40,618 nucleotides of DNA from assembly GCF_001194135.2 (NCBI RefSeq), contig NC_068982.1:26852331-26892948 (forward strand), written 5' to 3'. Of the stretch, positions 1-9,645 are shown one piece after another. Below the pieces are notes generated by a model. That model made no database searches. It was not told the origin of the DNA and worked only from the letters and a program-made list of their open reading frames with translations. Position 1 is the stretch's first letter. The number at the start of each line of letters is the position of its first letter. Made by a program: the position numbers and the translations under genes. This DNA is from Octopus bimaculoides (Eukaryota).

Positions 1-931
1 CCAAGGCACAGTGGCTGTGGAATCTGCAGAGCTACAGCACAGTGGTGGCATACAACATTTTGGACGCGTTGAAGAGGAGGCTGGTTGTCCCCAACAGTAC
101 CAGAAGGAACTCTACCTATGGCTCTGTTGTTGTCCTCAACAACCTGCTGGAGAAGAATTGGGGAGCTGTCCACCGGGTGATGACACAGCTGAACCTGAAG
201 ACCTTCACTGATTCTGATGTCGGCTTCCTGACGGAGTACACCCAGGTGATGTCTAATGTTGCCAAGGCCTTGGATAATATCCAGTGGGAGGAGCAGGATT
301 ATCTCGGGAGCCTTCTGCCACCTTTAGCGGCTACCGTCATAATTTTGGAGGCCAAGTTCAAACATCTCCTGTACTGCAGTCCTCTGGTAGAAAAGGCTCG
401 GGCTGCTCCTAGAAGACCTGGAGTGCCAGCTACTAACCGCTGCCTTCCACCCCAAGTTTCGTGTTCTGGCTAGTGCAGTATAATAACAGCCAGGTTAGCA
501 GAGTAACGAACACCATGGAGACCGTTGTAGAGGCAGACCTAATGGAGACCAATGAGGAGGGCAGCAGCACCACCAGCAATGAGGATGGGGAAGATGATTT
601 CTTCAGCAAAACCACTCGGTTCCGGGAGAGCAGGAGTCGCAGGTCCCTGGAATCCAAGGCGCAGAACTTGATGAAGACCTGGATGGAGGTCGTCTCGAAG
701 GAGATCCTGACTGAAGTCGCCTTTTTGGGTAAGCAGGTCTTGATCGACCTGTTCACCAAGTATAACAACGTCATCCCATCTAGTGCTGCGGTTGAGCGCC
801 TATTCTCTATAAGCAAAGATATTTTGAGGGCCAAGAGAGCCATTCTATCAGACAGTAACTTTGAGATGCTGATGTTTATGAAGGGCAACCAACAACACGT
901 TGAGGTGATGGAGAAGGCTCAACCAGAGTAG
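1..931 (+). mobile_element. hAT-superfamily transposase, C-terminal part, pseudogenised (two frameshifts near 400 and 460)
   Basis: Joined frames read ...HLLYCSPLVE / LLEDLECQLLTAAFHPKFR / FWLVQY...IPSSAAVERLFSISKDILRAKRAILSDSNFEMLMFMK. The SSAAVERLFS motif is the hAT dimerisation domain and AAFHPKF matches the hAT LDP/HPxFK motif. The element starts before the window and its 3' end is lost in a gap. Confidence 0.88.
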
Positions 932-1866
932 TACAACTTGATCATCATTTGATCTTAGCATGATACCTATGCGATACTGTATCGTTTTGATTCATTTAAT
1001 ACTTTTTGTACAGTAAACAAAATGTATGATGACTGAAAAACTAAAGCTTAANNNNNNNNNNNNNNNNNNNNNNNNNNNNNNNNNNNNNNNNNNNNNNNNN
1101 NNNNNNNNNNNNNNNNNNNNNNNNNNNNNNNNNNNNNNNNNNNNNNNNNNNNNNNNNNNNNNNNNNNNNNNNNNNNNNNNNNNNNNNNNNNNNNNNNNNN
1201 NNNNNNNNNNNNNNNNNNNNNNNNNNNNNNNNNNNNNNNNNNNNNNNNNNNNNNNNNNNNNNNNNNNNNNNNNNNNNNNNNNNNNNNNNNNNNNNNNNNN
1301 NNNNNNNNNNNNNNNNNNNNNNNNNNNNNNNNNNNNNNNNNNNNNNNNNNNNNNNNNNNNNNNNNNNNNNNNNNNNNNNNNNNNNNNNNNNNNNNNNNNN
1401 NNNNNNNNNNNNNNNNNNNNNNNNNNNNNNNNNNNNNNNNNNNNNNNNNNNNNNNNNNNNNNNNNNNNNNNNNNNNNNNNNNNNNNNNNNNNNNNNNNNN
1501 NNNNNNNNNNNNNNNNNNNNNNNNNNNNNNNNNNNNNNNNNNNNNNNNNNNNNNNNNNNNNNNNNNNNNNNNNNNNNNNNNNNNNNNNNNNNNNNNNNNN
1601 NNNNNNNNNNNNNNNNNNNNNNNNNNNNNNNNNNNNNNNNNNNNNNNNNNNNNNNNNNNNNNNNNNNNNNNNNNNNNNNNNNNNNNNNNNNNNNNAGATA
1701 ATCTAGAATAAAATTGTCTCCAAATAATCTGGCCTTAAAATGCCATTGTCCTGTTACGCCATTAGTAATGTTGATAAAGACACAAATGACAAAAACTTTA
1801 TTTTCGGATTTTTCTCTTCTTGCAAAGTTAATGGATTTTTCTGCCCAGTCAAAAGAAAACAATATA

Positions 1867-2185
1867 TGGCTGTAAGGTAAGAATATTGCTTGAAAACATC
1901 ATGGTTTCGGGTTCAATCTCATTGCGTGGCATCTTGGGCAGTTATCTCAGCTATAGCCTCGGGTCGACCAAAGCCTTACGAATGGATTTGGTAGACGGAA
2001 ACTGAAAAGAAACCCGTCGTGTGTGTGTGTGTATGTGTGTGTGTGTCGCTTAACAACCGGTATTGGTTTGTTTATGTCCCCGCAAAAAGGATTCCGATAG
2101 AGTAAGTACCAGACTAACATAAATAAGTATTGAGCTGTGCCGTGACATGGTTGCAATCGAATGACTGAAGCAAGTAAAAGATAAG
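1867..2185 (+). mobile_element. tRNA-derived SINE, family A (octopus OK-like), diverged copy
   Basis: A-box-like TGGCTGTAAGG and B-box-like GGTTCAATCTC, followed by body GGGTCGACCAAAGCC...GGTAGACGGAAACTGAAAAGAAACCCGTCG, an internal (TG)n and a tail GACTGAAGCAAGTAAAAGATAA. Clearly homologous to the copies at 18395, 23379 and 28035. Confidence 0.85.
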
Positions 2186-2740
2186 CAACTCAAAAATAGT
2201 GCGTTCAAAAGAACAGGAGATTAAGAGATCCGGAATTTAAATACACGAACCTATTCCATTTCCTGGTTGTAGCTATTTTTATTCACTTCTATTCAGGAAT
2301 ATAATTCAGAAAATAGTGAGTATCTCATTATCTTATTTATCCGTTTTCAGTAAATTTGCGACACCTAGCCTCTGAGATAGATAACTATTTAACCCATGAT
2401 GTATAAAACTAGTGTGCATACATTTATACATACATATCCACACGTGAGCATGCACACACACAGACACACACACATATGCACACACATATACATATATATA
2501 CATATGCTAAGAGAAATAATTCAGAGAGGCCAATGGTATGAATGTAGATAATTAAAAAGAAGGTAATCAAATACTTAGCAACAATTATGATTGATTGCGA
2601 ATGAGAAAATCAACAATACTCTGGAAGTAATATACCATAAGGAAAAAACAGACTTTTTGAGGACAAAAAACAGATGACTGTAGACACGTGTTTTTGCCTC
2701 AGCTGATGTTATCAGAACTGCAACTGTCCTGTCTTGACAC

Positions 2741-2859
2741 CTCGCGGAGCTTTAGGTGTTTTCGCTCAATAAACACTCACAACACCCGGTCTGGGAATCG
2801 AAACCGCGACCCTATGACCGCGAGTCCGCTGCCCTAACCACTGGGCCATTGCGCCTCCA
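2741..2859 (-). mobile_element. tRNA-like SINE head (family C), 3'-truncated, flanked by 10-bp direct repeat
   Basis: Minus strand reads TGGAGGCGCAATGGCCCAGTGGTTAGGGCAGCGGACTCGCGGTCATAGGGTCGCGGTTTCGATTCCCAGACC (A and B boxes). GTCTTGACAC occurs at 2731-2740 and 2860-2869. Confidence 0.8.
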
Positions 2860-2884
2860 GTCTTGACACTAGCGAGACATAAAA

Positions 2885-3075
2885 AATCCAGCTATGACTA
2901 TCTCATCTGTTATTTAAATATATTGTTATTTAGGACAACATTACCCAATGAGTCCTTTATTTTCCAGACAGTCGGGTACAACTTGATGGAGATTTGGCTA
3001 CTATTTCTAGTTGGTTAGAAATTTGGCTGCTATTTCTAGTTGGTACATAGGACTAACCTGGCGCTAAACAATAAC
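2885..3075. repeat. Fragment of a dispersed repeat (family D) with an internal 29-bp tandem duplication
   Basis: ATTTGGCT(A/G)CTATTTCTAGTTGGT at 2992-3015 and 3021-3044. Related sequence (ATTTAGTTGTCGTTTCTAGC, ATTTGGCTGATATTTTTAGC) occurs at about 25300 and 25540. Confidence 0.5.
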
Positions 3076-3611
3076 AGTCTGATATCACAAATGATGTCGC
3101 ATTCTACTATTGAAATCTTTCCATTTTCTTAATTCTCATGTTGTTTTTCATATTCAAGGCCTGCAGCTGACCGAGTCACGAAAATGTTGGAATAACATTG
3201 AATTGCTGGAACTCGCATTCTGTCATCAGTGTTGTCATGAATTTCCAGAATTTTTTTTCTGTATATTTCCTACTAATCTGACCTCCGTCATGCTCATTAT
3301 GGACTTTTTCTTTCTGAAAATGGGTTGGGAGGTGGAGGAAAATGATCTTTACAATTTGAAGTTCGGAAGCGTGTAAGCTGTAAAGGTAATTTATGAACAG
3401 CCTTGTCTTTCGTCACACTGGAAGAAGAAGGCTAAAACATCAAACAGAATGGGGGTGAGTGACAATTAGCGACGCTATTTTCACACACACACATATAAAT
3501 ATATATATGAAATTAAAAATTAAACTCATTTGTTTCCAAAATATTATTTCCTTTTCCAAGAATAACTTATTTTAGATTTCATCGATGTAAGAAGAGTAAA
3601 CTAACATGCGG

Positions 3612-3614
<3 letters not shown>

Positions 3615-3669
<55 letters not shown>
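3615..3669. repeat. (CA)n microsatellite running into an assembly gap
   Basis: Directly visible. Confidence 0.98.
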
Positions 3670-4648
3670 NNNNNNNNNNNNNNNNNNNNNNNNNNNNNNN
3701 NNNNNNNNNNNNNNNNNNNNNNNNNNNNNNNNNNNNNNNNNNNNNNNNNNNNNNNNNNNNNNNNNNNNNNNNNNNNNNNNNNNNNNNNNNNNNNNNNNNN
3801 NNNNNNNNNNNNNNNNNNNNNNNNNNNNNNNNNNNNNNNNNNNNNNNNNNNNNNNNNNNNNNNNNNNNNNNNNNNNNNNNNNNNNNNNNNNNNNNNNNNN
3901 NNNNNNNNNNNNNNNNNNNNNNNNNNNNNNNNNNNNNNNNNNNNNNNNNNNNNNNNNNNNNNNNNNNNNNNNNNNNNNNNNNNNNNNNNNNNNNNNNNNN
4001 NNNNNNNNNNNNNNNNNNNNNNNNNNNNNNNNNNNNNNNNNNNNNNNNNNNNNNNNNNNNNNNNNNNNNNNNNNNNNNNNNNNNNNNNNNNNNNNNNNNN
4101 NNNNNNNNNNNNNNNNNNNNNNNNNNNNNNNNNNNNNNNNNNNNNNNNNNNNNNNNNNNNNNNNNNNNNNNNNNNNNNNNNNNNNNNNNNNNNNNNNNNN
4201 NNNNNNNNNNNNNNNNNNNNNNNNNNNNNNNNNNNNNNNNNNNNNNNNNNNNNNNNNNNNNNNNNNNNNNNNNNNNNNNNNNNNNNNNNNNNNNNNNNNN
4301 NNNNNNNNNNNNNNNNNNNNNNNNNNNNNNNNNNNNNNNNNNNNNNNNNNNNNNNNNNNNNNNNNNNNNNNNNNNNNNNNNNNNNNNNNNNNNNNNNNNN
4401 NNNNNNNNNNNNNNNNNNNNNNNNNNNNNNNNNNNNNNNNNNNNNNNNNNNNNNNNNNNNNNNNNNNNNNNNNNNNNNNNNNNNNNNNNNNNNNNNNNNN
4501 NNNNNNNNNNNNNNNNNNNNNNNNNNNNNNNNNNNNNNNNNNNNNNNNNNNNNNNNNNTTATACTATATCGTAATTTGAATATTCCTTGTGTTACATGTG
4601 GTATGATTCGAAGCAATCGTATTCATTTGGTGAAGTGAAGTTTGGTGG

Positions 4649-5350
4649 TATATATATAAAAGGTATAATTATTTGGTAGTTGGATGATATAAAGTCACAT
4701 GATTGAAGTTAGTAGCAACAAAAAATGAATTAAATGTTAGGAGTTTTTTTTTTTTCTTTTCTGATTCTTTAGATATTTTACTTGGAAAATTCAATACAAT
4801 GCGTAGAAGACAATACTTTTCGATTATCTGAAGCCCGATGCTCCAGAAGTCGAAGGGTTGAGGAAACACAAGAAGAAAAGAAAGATAGGCTCCAATCTCA
4901 GAGACAACAAAATGCCGTGGAGACACAAGAGCAGCAAGAAGTAACACGTCAGTTTGAAACAACCAGGAAAGCCCGCTTAAAGGAACAAGAGACACCGGAG
5001 TGGAAACAACGGAGACTGTAGTCTCAAGCCGATAGACAAACTTGCTTGAGCAAACACAAGACATCATAGCAGAAACGACAGAGATTGACGTTTGAAACAG
5101 ATAGAAAAGCCCACTTAAGGGAACAAGTGTTAACAGAACAACTTCAAAGTAACGCAGCCAGAAATACCCGCTCCAGAGATTACGAAACATCAGAGCAACG
5201 ACAAGTCAGATTGGAATTTAGACCTTTTTCTCGTGAAAAGTGCCGACTAGCAGGCTTTAATTGCGATCTGACACATGGACATTACAATAGATGCCTTATG
5301 AATACATTTCAATACAATACAGACCGGGGCGAAGGCTGAGTGACCGCTAG
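4649..5350 (+). mobile_element. Non-autonomous (internally deleted) Helitron with STPR-like repeat coding remnant
   Basis: 5' end resembles TATATATATAAAAGG. Broken frames encode ETQEEKKDRL / ETPEWKQRRL / ETSEQRQVRL repeats, then RLAGFNCDLT, similar to the Helitron N-terminal AAFxYDP motif. The 3' end has a degenerate GC hairpin ACCGGGGCGAAGGCTGAGT followed by CTAG|T at 5347-5351. Confidence 0.65.
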
Positions 5351-5370
5351 TATATATATACATATATACT

Positions 5371-5426
<56 letters not shown>
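5351..5426. repeat. (TA)n/(GATA)n microsatellite
   Basis: Directly visible. Confidence 0.97.
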
Positions 5427-5455
5427 TTCAAAAATTAGGAAATGGAGTAGATAGA

Positions 5456-5551
5456 ATCCAGGTTACATATGTTTCATAGCTAGCGGAACCTCGGAAGTAG
5501 TAAATTATCCAAACAAGGAGTAGACCGCAAGCTACTCTTCAGGCCAAGGAT
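5456..5551 (-). ncRNA. Type I hammerhead ribozyme motif with extended stem II (partly degenerate stem I)
   Basis: Minus strand: ATCCTTGGC-CUGAAGA-GTAGCTTGCGG-[38 nt]-CCGCTAGCTAT-GAAAC-ATAT-GUA-ACCTGGAT. Core boxes are intact, stem II is 10/11 paired, and the stem III loop is palindromic (CATATG). It lies about 50 nt downstream of a Penelope GIY-YIG ORF end. Confidence 0.6.
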
Positions 5552-5599
5552 ACCTCGATTATAGGGAGACTGTTGTTATTTTTACTTAGAGAATAAATT

Positions 5600-5900
5600 G
5601 CATAATTTTTGTCAACAAGTAAAACTTATGCCATCCCATTCGTTTAAACAATCAGTAGATTGCATAATGGAGAAGACCAGCGATGCAGAGATCACGTTTG
5701 CTGTTATATCCGGTATACGGTTTAGCATGGACCATTTTAGAGTATAAGTAATTGAATCATGCTGAAGTTTGTGGATTAGTCGTGATAAAGAGGTGGTGTT
5801 AGATCTTGCTGGGGACTTGAAGTTAGAGTAATGAATACCCACCCTGGTTTTGAAGGTGCTGCTGCACGAGCTGATATAAATATATAGACAAAATTGACAG
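5600..5900 (-). mobile_element. Penelope-like element (PLE) GIY-YIG endonuclease C-terminal fragment, lineage 1
   Basis: YISSCSSTFKTRVGIHYSNFKSPARSNTTSLSRLIHKLQHDSITYTLKWSML...(shift)DLC...LNEWDGISFTC matches the PLE pattern YIGxT..FKxR...HxxSF...TxLSxxIWxLK...YxxKWSIL..CxLC..LN..E...C. Confidence 0.78.
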
Positions 5901-6394
5901 CTGATACTGTACACTTGTATACGATGTTCACCCACACACACATATATATACATACACAAATGTATATCGCTTTAAAACCTACAGAAGTGACTCAAGAGCT
6001 TAAAGTTTCATGTATTACACTACATACACACACTTACACACACACACACATCAGCATCCTGTGTAAGTTGTCGTTGCTGTAGCTTAAAATAATATCTCAG
6101 AGTACAACAGCCAAATGGTTAGAGAACACTTAAAATTTAGTGTTTAGGAAATGTTTATCACATTACAAAGTTCTATGAAACAAATATCGAAACACTTTAG
6201 ACTAGTTTTTATAACCTAAATAAACCGAATTATGGGTATAAATATTACTTACGTAGTAAGCCCAAACTTTTTGGAGAAACACGTGTAGGAAGAAAGTCTT
6301 GCTGAAATCATATTTAGGATAAATTACTTACAATTAATATAATATAAACCTATTGATCTCAGATAAAATCTGATAGCATTATGCTCATTTACGT

Positions 6395-6408
6395 ATGTCC
6401 ACACACAC

Positions 6409-6473
<65 letters not shown>

Positions 6474-6570
6474 TTAATAAACGTAATATGTATCTGTGTA
6501 CGTACGTATCTGTGTATGTACGTACGTACGTATATATGTATGCTCGTATGTATGTATGTAAGTACACACA
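6395..6570. repeat. Compound (CA)n/(TA)n/(TACG/TATG)n microsatellite
   Basis: Directly visible. Confidence 0.95.
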
Positions 6571-6664
6571 CGGCATTTTTAAAGCAATAAGCTGACACCC
6601 GTATTTAATAATAAGTGAATATTATTTTGCTGAAAATATAAAAAAACATCGACTCTTGTTACAT

Positions 6665-6862
6665 TCATTGATCTGGGGTGCTTCTGGCAGACGAGACACA
6701 ACAATGTTGAAACATAGGCTGTTCCAGAATCCCTTGTACTAATGAATCGGGTGTTTTATCAACGTATAATCGCCATAAAGGAGTTGTTCTCAAGAGAACA
6801 CAATAGCAGTTAGTATATTCACGTTCGAATCTGCCGAAACGTATTAAGAATGAATATGTCAT
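6665..6862 (-). mobile_element. Possible very old RLE-type non-LTR fragment (zinc-knuckle region)
   Basis: One minus frame with stops reads ENNSFMAIIR**NTR...STLLCLVCQKHP, resembling the F.AI..Q...T...LCRxC.K.PET..H region of R2/R4/NeSL-type elements. Confidence 0.3.
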
Positions 6863-6879
6863 TGTAAATTTAAATCAAA

Positions 6880-6880
<1 letters not shown>

Positions 6881-6953
<73 letters not shown>

Positions 6954-7395
6954 TGAATGAGAGAGCAGTGCGTGCCATCAAAGTGACATTGGGGTATAAA
7001 TAAACGAAGCCCAATGACCACCTGTCTGATAAGGGACACCAGGCACATGCATCACAACCATATGTGCGTAACATAGTGACTTCACACCAAGATAAACAGT
7101 GCATGACCTTGCAGGTAGGGCCATGTTAGAATTTTCTTCAAGTTGAGTAGCCCATTCCACTCAAAAGAACCCAGAATACAGTTTGTTTAAGGATGATGAA
7201 CAAAATATCCATGTTTCCAGAGGTGAATTATTCAAACCCCCACGAATTCCTCTCAATACATAGCTATGATGCTCCCCCACTACTTCTGCTCGTGATCAGA
7301 GACGCACATATCGTTAACTACCAAGGCACATGCTCAACTGGTTAAGGTCAAACAACTGACAAGTAAATCTGTGGTATTGAGCAGAATATTTACTG
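6881..7395 (-). mobile_element. Probable non-autonomous retroposon with (TAA)n tail on the minus strand
   Basis: (TTA)n array at 6881-6950 abuts about 440 bp of non-coding, moderately GC-rich sequence. There is no second copy in the window, so the family call rests only on the tail geometry and recollection of octopus repeats. Confidence 0.35.
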
Positions 7396-7396
7396 T

Positions 7397-7540
7397 AGCT
7401 GCTACATTCTGAGTTCAAATTCCGCCGAGGTCGACTTTGCCTTTCATCCTTTCGGGGTCAATAAATTAAGTACCAGTGAAACACTGGGGTCAATGTAATC
7501 GACTAGTTCCCTCCCTCAAATTGCCTATAGTAGAAAGAAT
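7397..7540 (+). mobile_element. tRNA-derived SINE, family B (octopus OR-like), 5'-truncated
   Basis: CATTCTGAGTTCAAATTCCGCCGAGGTCGACTTTGCCTTTCATCCTTTCGGGGTCAATAAATTAAGTACCAG; homologous to the copies at 25856, 30032 and 38690. Confidence 0.88.
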
Positions 7541-7560
7541 TATTATTATTATTATTATTA

Positions 7561-7613
<53 letters not shown>

Positions 7614-7614
7614 T

Positions 7615-7669
<55 letters not shown>

Positions 7670-7678
7670 CATTGTTGT
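7540..7678. repeat. (ATT)n followed by (GTT)n trinucleotide array
   Basis: Directly visible; begins at the SINE tail. Confidence 0.97.
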
Positions 7679-7744
7679 CTATTCAGAAAAGGGCTTAATT
7701 CTCTCCATAAATTTTTTTCTCTTACATTTCTTTTAACTTTTCTA

Positions 7745-8000
7745 TAATCGTAAAGTTTGTAAAACTGAAATATATAAAACTTTTTCTTATTGCATGATTC
7801 TGAATTAATGCTTAATGGGATCTGACGGACATTACGATCCGAATTTCTTGCTGGTGTTCTTCGGTGAGTTCCGATAACGAGTTTCCTGATTGGCCAATAT
7901 ATATTTCTATGCAATTCGGTATTTGATGCTGTAGATAAGATTTCGGCTTTTACATTTTATATTTGCATTTAGAAATATTTTTCATCTGGCTGTTTGTCTT
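7745..8000 (-). mobile_element. PLE GIY-YIG fragment (lineage 2a), degenerate, minus strand
   Basis: Frameshifted minus reading NANIKCKSRNLIYSIK / PNCIEIYIGQSGNSL...HQQEIR / DRNVRQIPLS...KFYIFQFYKL; YIG codons at 7893-7901. Confidence 0.7.
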
Positions 8001-8049
8001 GGTATACAGAAGTTCAAAGTTGGATGTAGATTGCTCAGAAGGACGCTAG

Positions 8050-8195
8050 AATTGTGAAGAAATATACATTGGCCAAACAGAAACTCATCATTGGAACGTA
8101 CGCGAGTACATCTGCATGAAATTTGGGTGTGTAATGTCCATCCTATTAAGTAATCATTTAGAAATATGTACTAAAAAAATGATTTTAAAATTCTG
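8050..8195 (+). mobile_element. PLE GIY-YIG fragment (lineage 2a), degenerate, inverted copy of 7760-7915
   Basis: NCEEIYIGQTET / LERTRVHLHEI / LSNHLEICTK; YIG at 8065-8073. Aligns by eye at roughly 70% nucleotide identity to the reverse complement of 7760-7915. Confidence 0.68.
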
Positions 8196-8591
8196 GTTTT
8201 ACGACCAAATTGTGCAACATGCCCAAACATTCTAGAAGGTTCAGAATTCCTCTTCAAAGAGGGACACAAATTCAAAGTTAAATCTAACTTTACTTGTGCC
8301 TCAGAAAATCTTATTTATATAATAAGATGTTCGGGCTGCCACGAGAACTACATAGGGTCCACAGGATTATCGCTCAAACGTAGATGCACTCTGCACCGCC
8401 AGCAGATTGCATACCCAGAATACCGAATGATACTTTTTAGTGATCATATTGAGAAATGCGCAAAACAAATGCTACCACAATTTATAATCTTTCCTTTTTA
8501 TCAATGTGCCATTAAAACACCAACACAGATTAGATTAAATAAGGAAACCTTTTTCATTCAAAAATACAAACCCAAACTTAACCATTGCTAA
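8175..8591 (+). mobile_element. PLE GIY-YIG endonuclease domain, stop-free 138-codon stretch (Neptune-like linker cysteines), lineage 2b
   Basis: Not in the ORF track because it has no early start codon. Reads RPNCATCPNILEGSEFLFKEGHKFKVKSNFTCASENLIYIIRCSGCHENYIGSTGLSLKRRCTLHRQQI...FSDHIEKC...RLNKETFFIQKYKPKLNHC*, with CxxC, LIY..C..C..YIG, R..H, E and terminal PxLN motifs. Confidence 0.88.
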
Positions 8592-9304
8592 CACATTTAA
8601 ATAAGNNNNNNNNNNNNNNNNNNNNNNNNNNNNNNNNNNNNNNNNNNNNNNNNNNNNNNNNNNNNNNNNNNNNNNNNNNNNNNNNNNNNNNNNNNNNNNN
8701 NNNNNNNNNNNNNNNNNNNNNNNNNNNNNNNNNNNNNNNNNNNNNNNNNNNNNNNNNNNNNNNNNNNNNNNNNNNNNNNNNNNNNNNNNNNNNNNNNNNN
8801 NNNNNNNNNNNNNNNNNNNNNNNNNNNNNNNNNNNNNNNNNNNNNNNNNNNNNNNNNNNNNNNNNNNNNNNNNNNNNNNNNNNNNNNNNNNNNNNNNNNN
8901 NNNNNNNNNNNNNNNNNNNNNNNNNNNNNNNNNNNNNNNNNNNNNNNNNNNNNNNNNNNNNNNNNNNNNNNNNNNNNNNNNNNNNNNNNNNNNNNNNNNN
9001 NNNNNNNNNNNNNNNNNNNNNNNNNNNNNNNNNNNNNNNNNNNNNNNNNNNNNNNNNNNNNNNNNNNNNNNNNNNNNNNNNNNNNNNNNNNNNNNNNNNN
9101 NNNNNNNNNNNNNNNNNNNNNNNNNNNNNNNNNNNNNNNNNNNNNNNNNNNNNNNNNNNNNNNNNNNNNNNNNNNNNNNNNNNNNNNNNNNNNNNNNNNN
9201 NNNNNNNNNNNNNNNNNNNNNNNNNNNNNNNNNNNNNNNNNNNNNNNNNNNNNNNNNNNNNNNNNNNNNNNNNNNNNNNNNNNNNNNNNNNNNNNNNNNN
9301 NNNN

Positions 9305-9349
9305 CGGACGCTGACGAAGGGAAATAACCCTGAAACCCGGGTCCGTTCG
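9305..9349 (+). ncRNA. Minimal type I hammerhead ribozyme, predicted cleavage after C9343 (GUC)
   Basis: CGGACG-CUGACGA-AGGG(AAATAA)CCCT-GAAAC-CCGG-GUC-CGTTCG. Stem I is 6 bp (one G-U), stem II is 4 bp, all core nucleotides are conserved, and the stem III loop is palindromic (CCCGGG). Confidence 0.85.
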
Positions 9350-9504
9350 TGCTACAGATCATGATGGGAGGGATAACTTCCCTTGGCAAACAGGACACAG
9401 TAGTGTGTCGATAAGCCAGCTGGAGGAGATGTCCTCCTGGGGCTAAAAGCAACAGTAACATCCACCCCTAGGGGTCAGCCACACTTAAGTGGCAATATAC
9501 TACA

Positions 9505-9505
9505 C

Positions 9506-9591
<86 letters not shown>

Positions 9592-9645
9592 CATACATAC
9601 ATACATACATACATACATACATACATACATACATACATACATACA
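9505..9645. repeat. Compound microsatellite (AT)n-(AG)n-(AGAT)n-(ACAT)n
   Basis: Directly visible. Confidence 0.97.

Noticed and set aside
3110-3376. 88-aa ORF with LRR-like KCWNNIELLELAFCHQ and flanking splice-like sites
   Set aside because: Contains T homopolymer runs, has no partner exon, and the motif match is too weak
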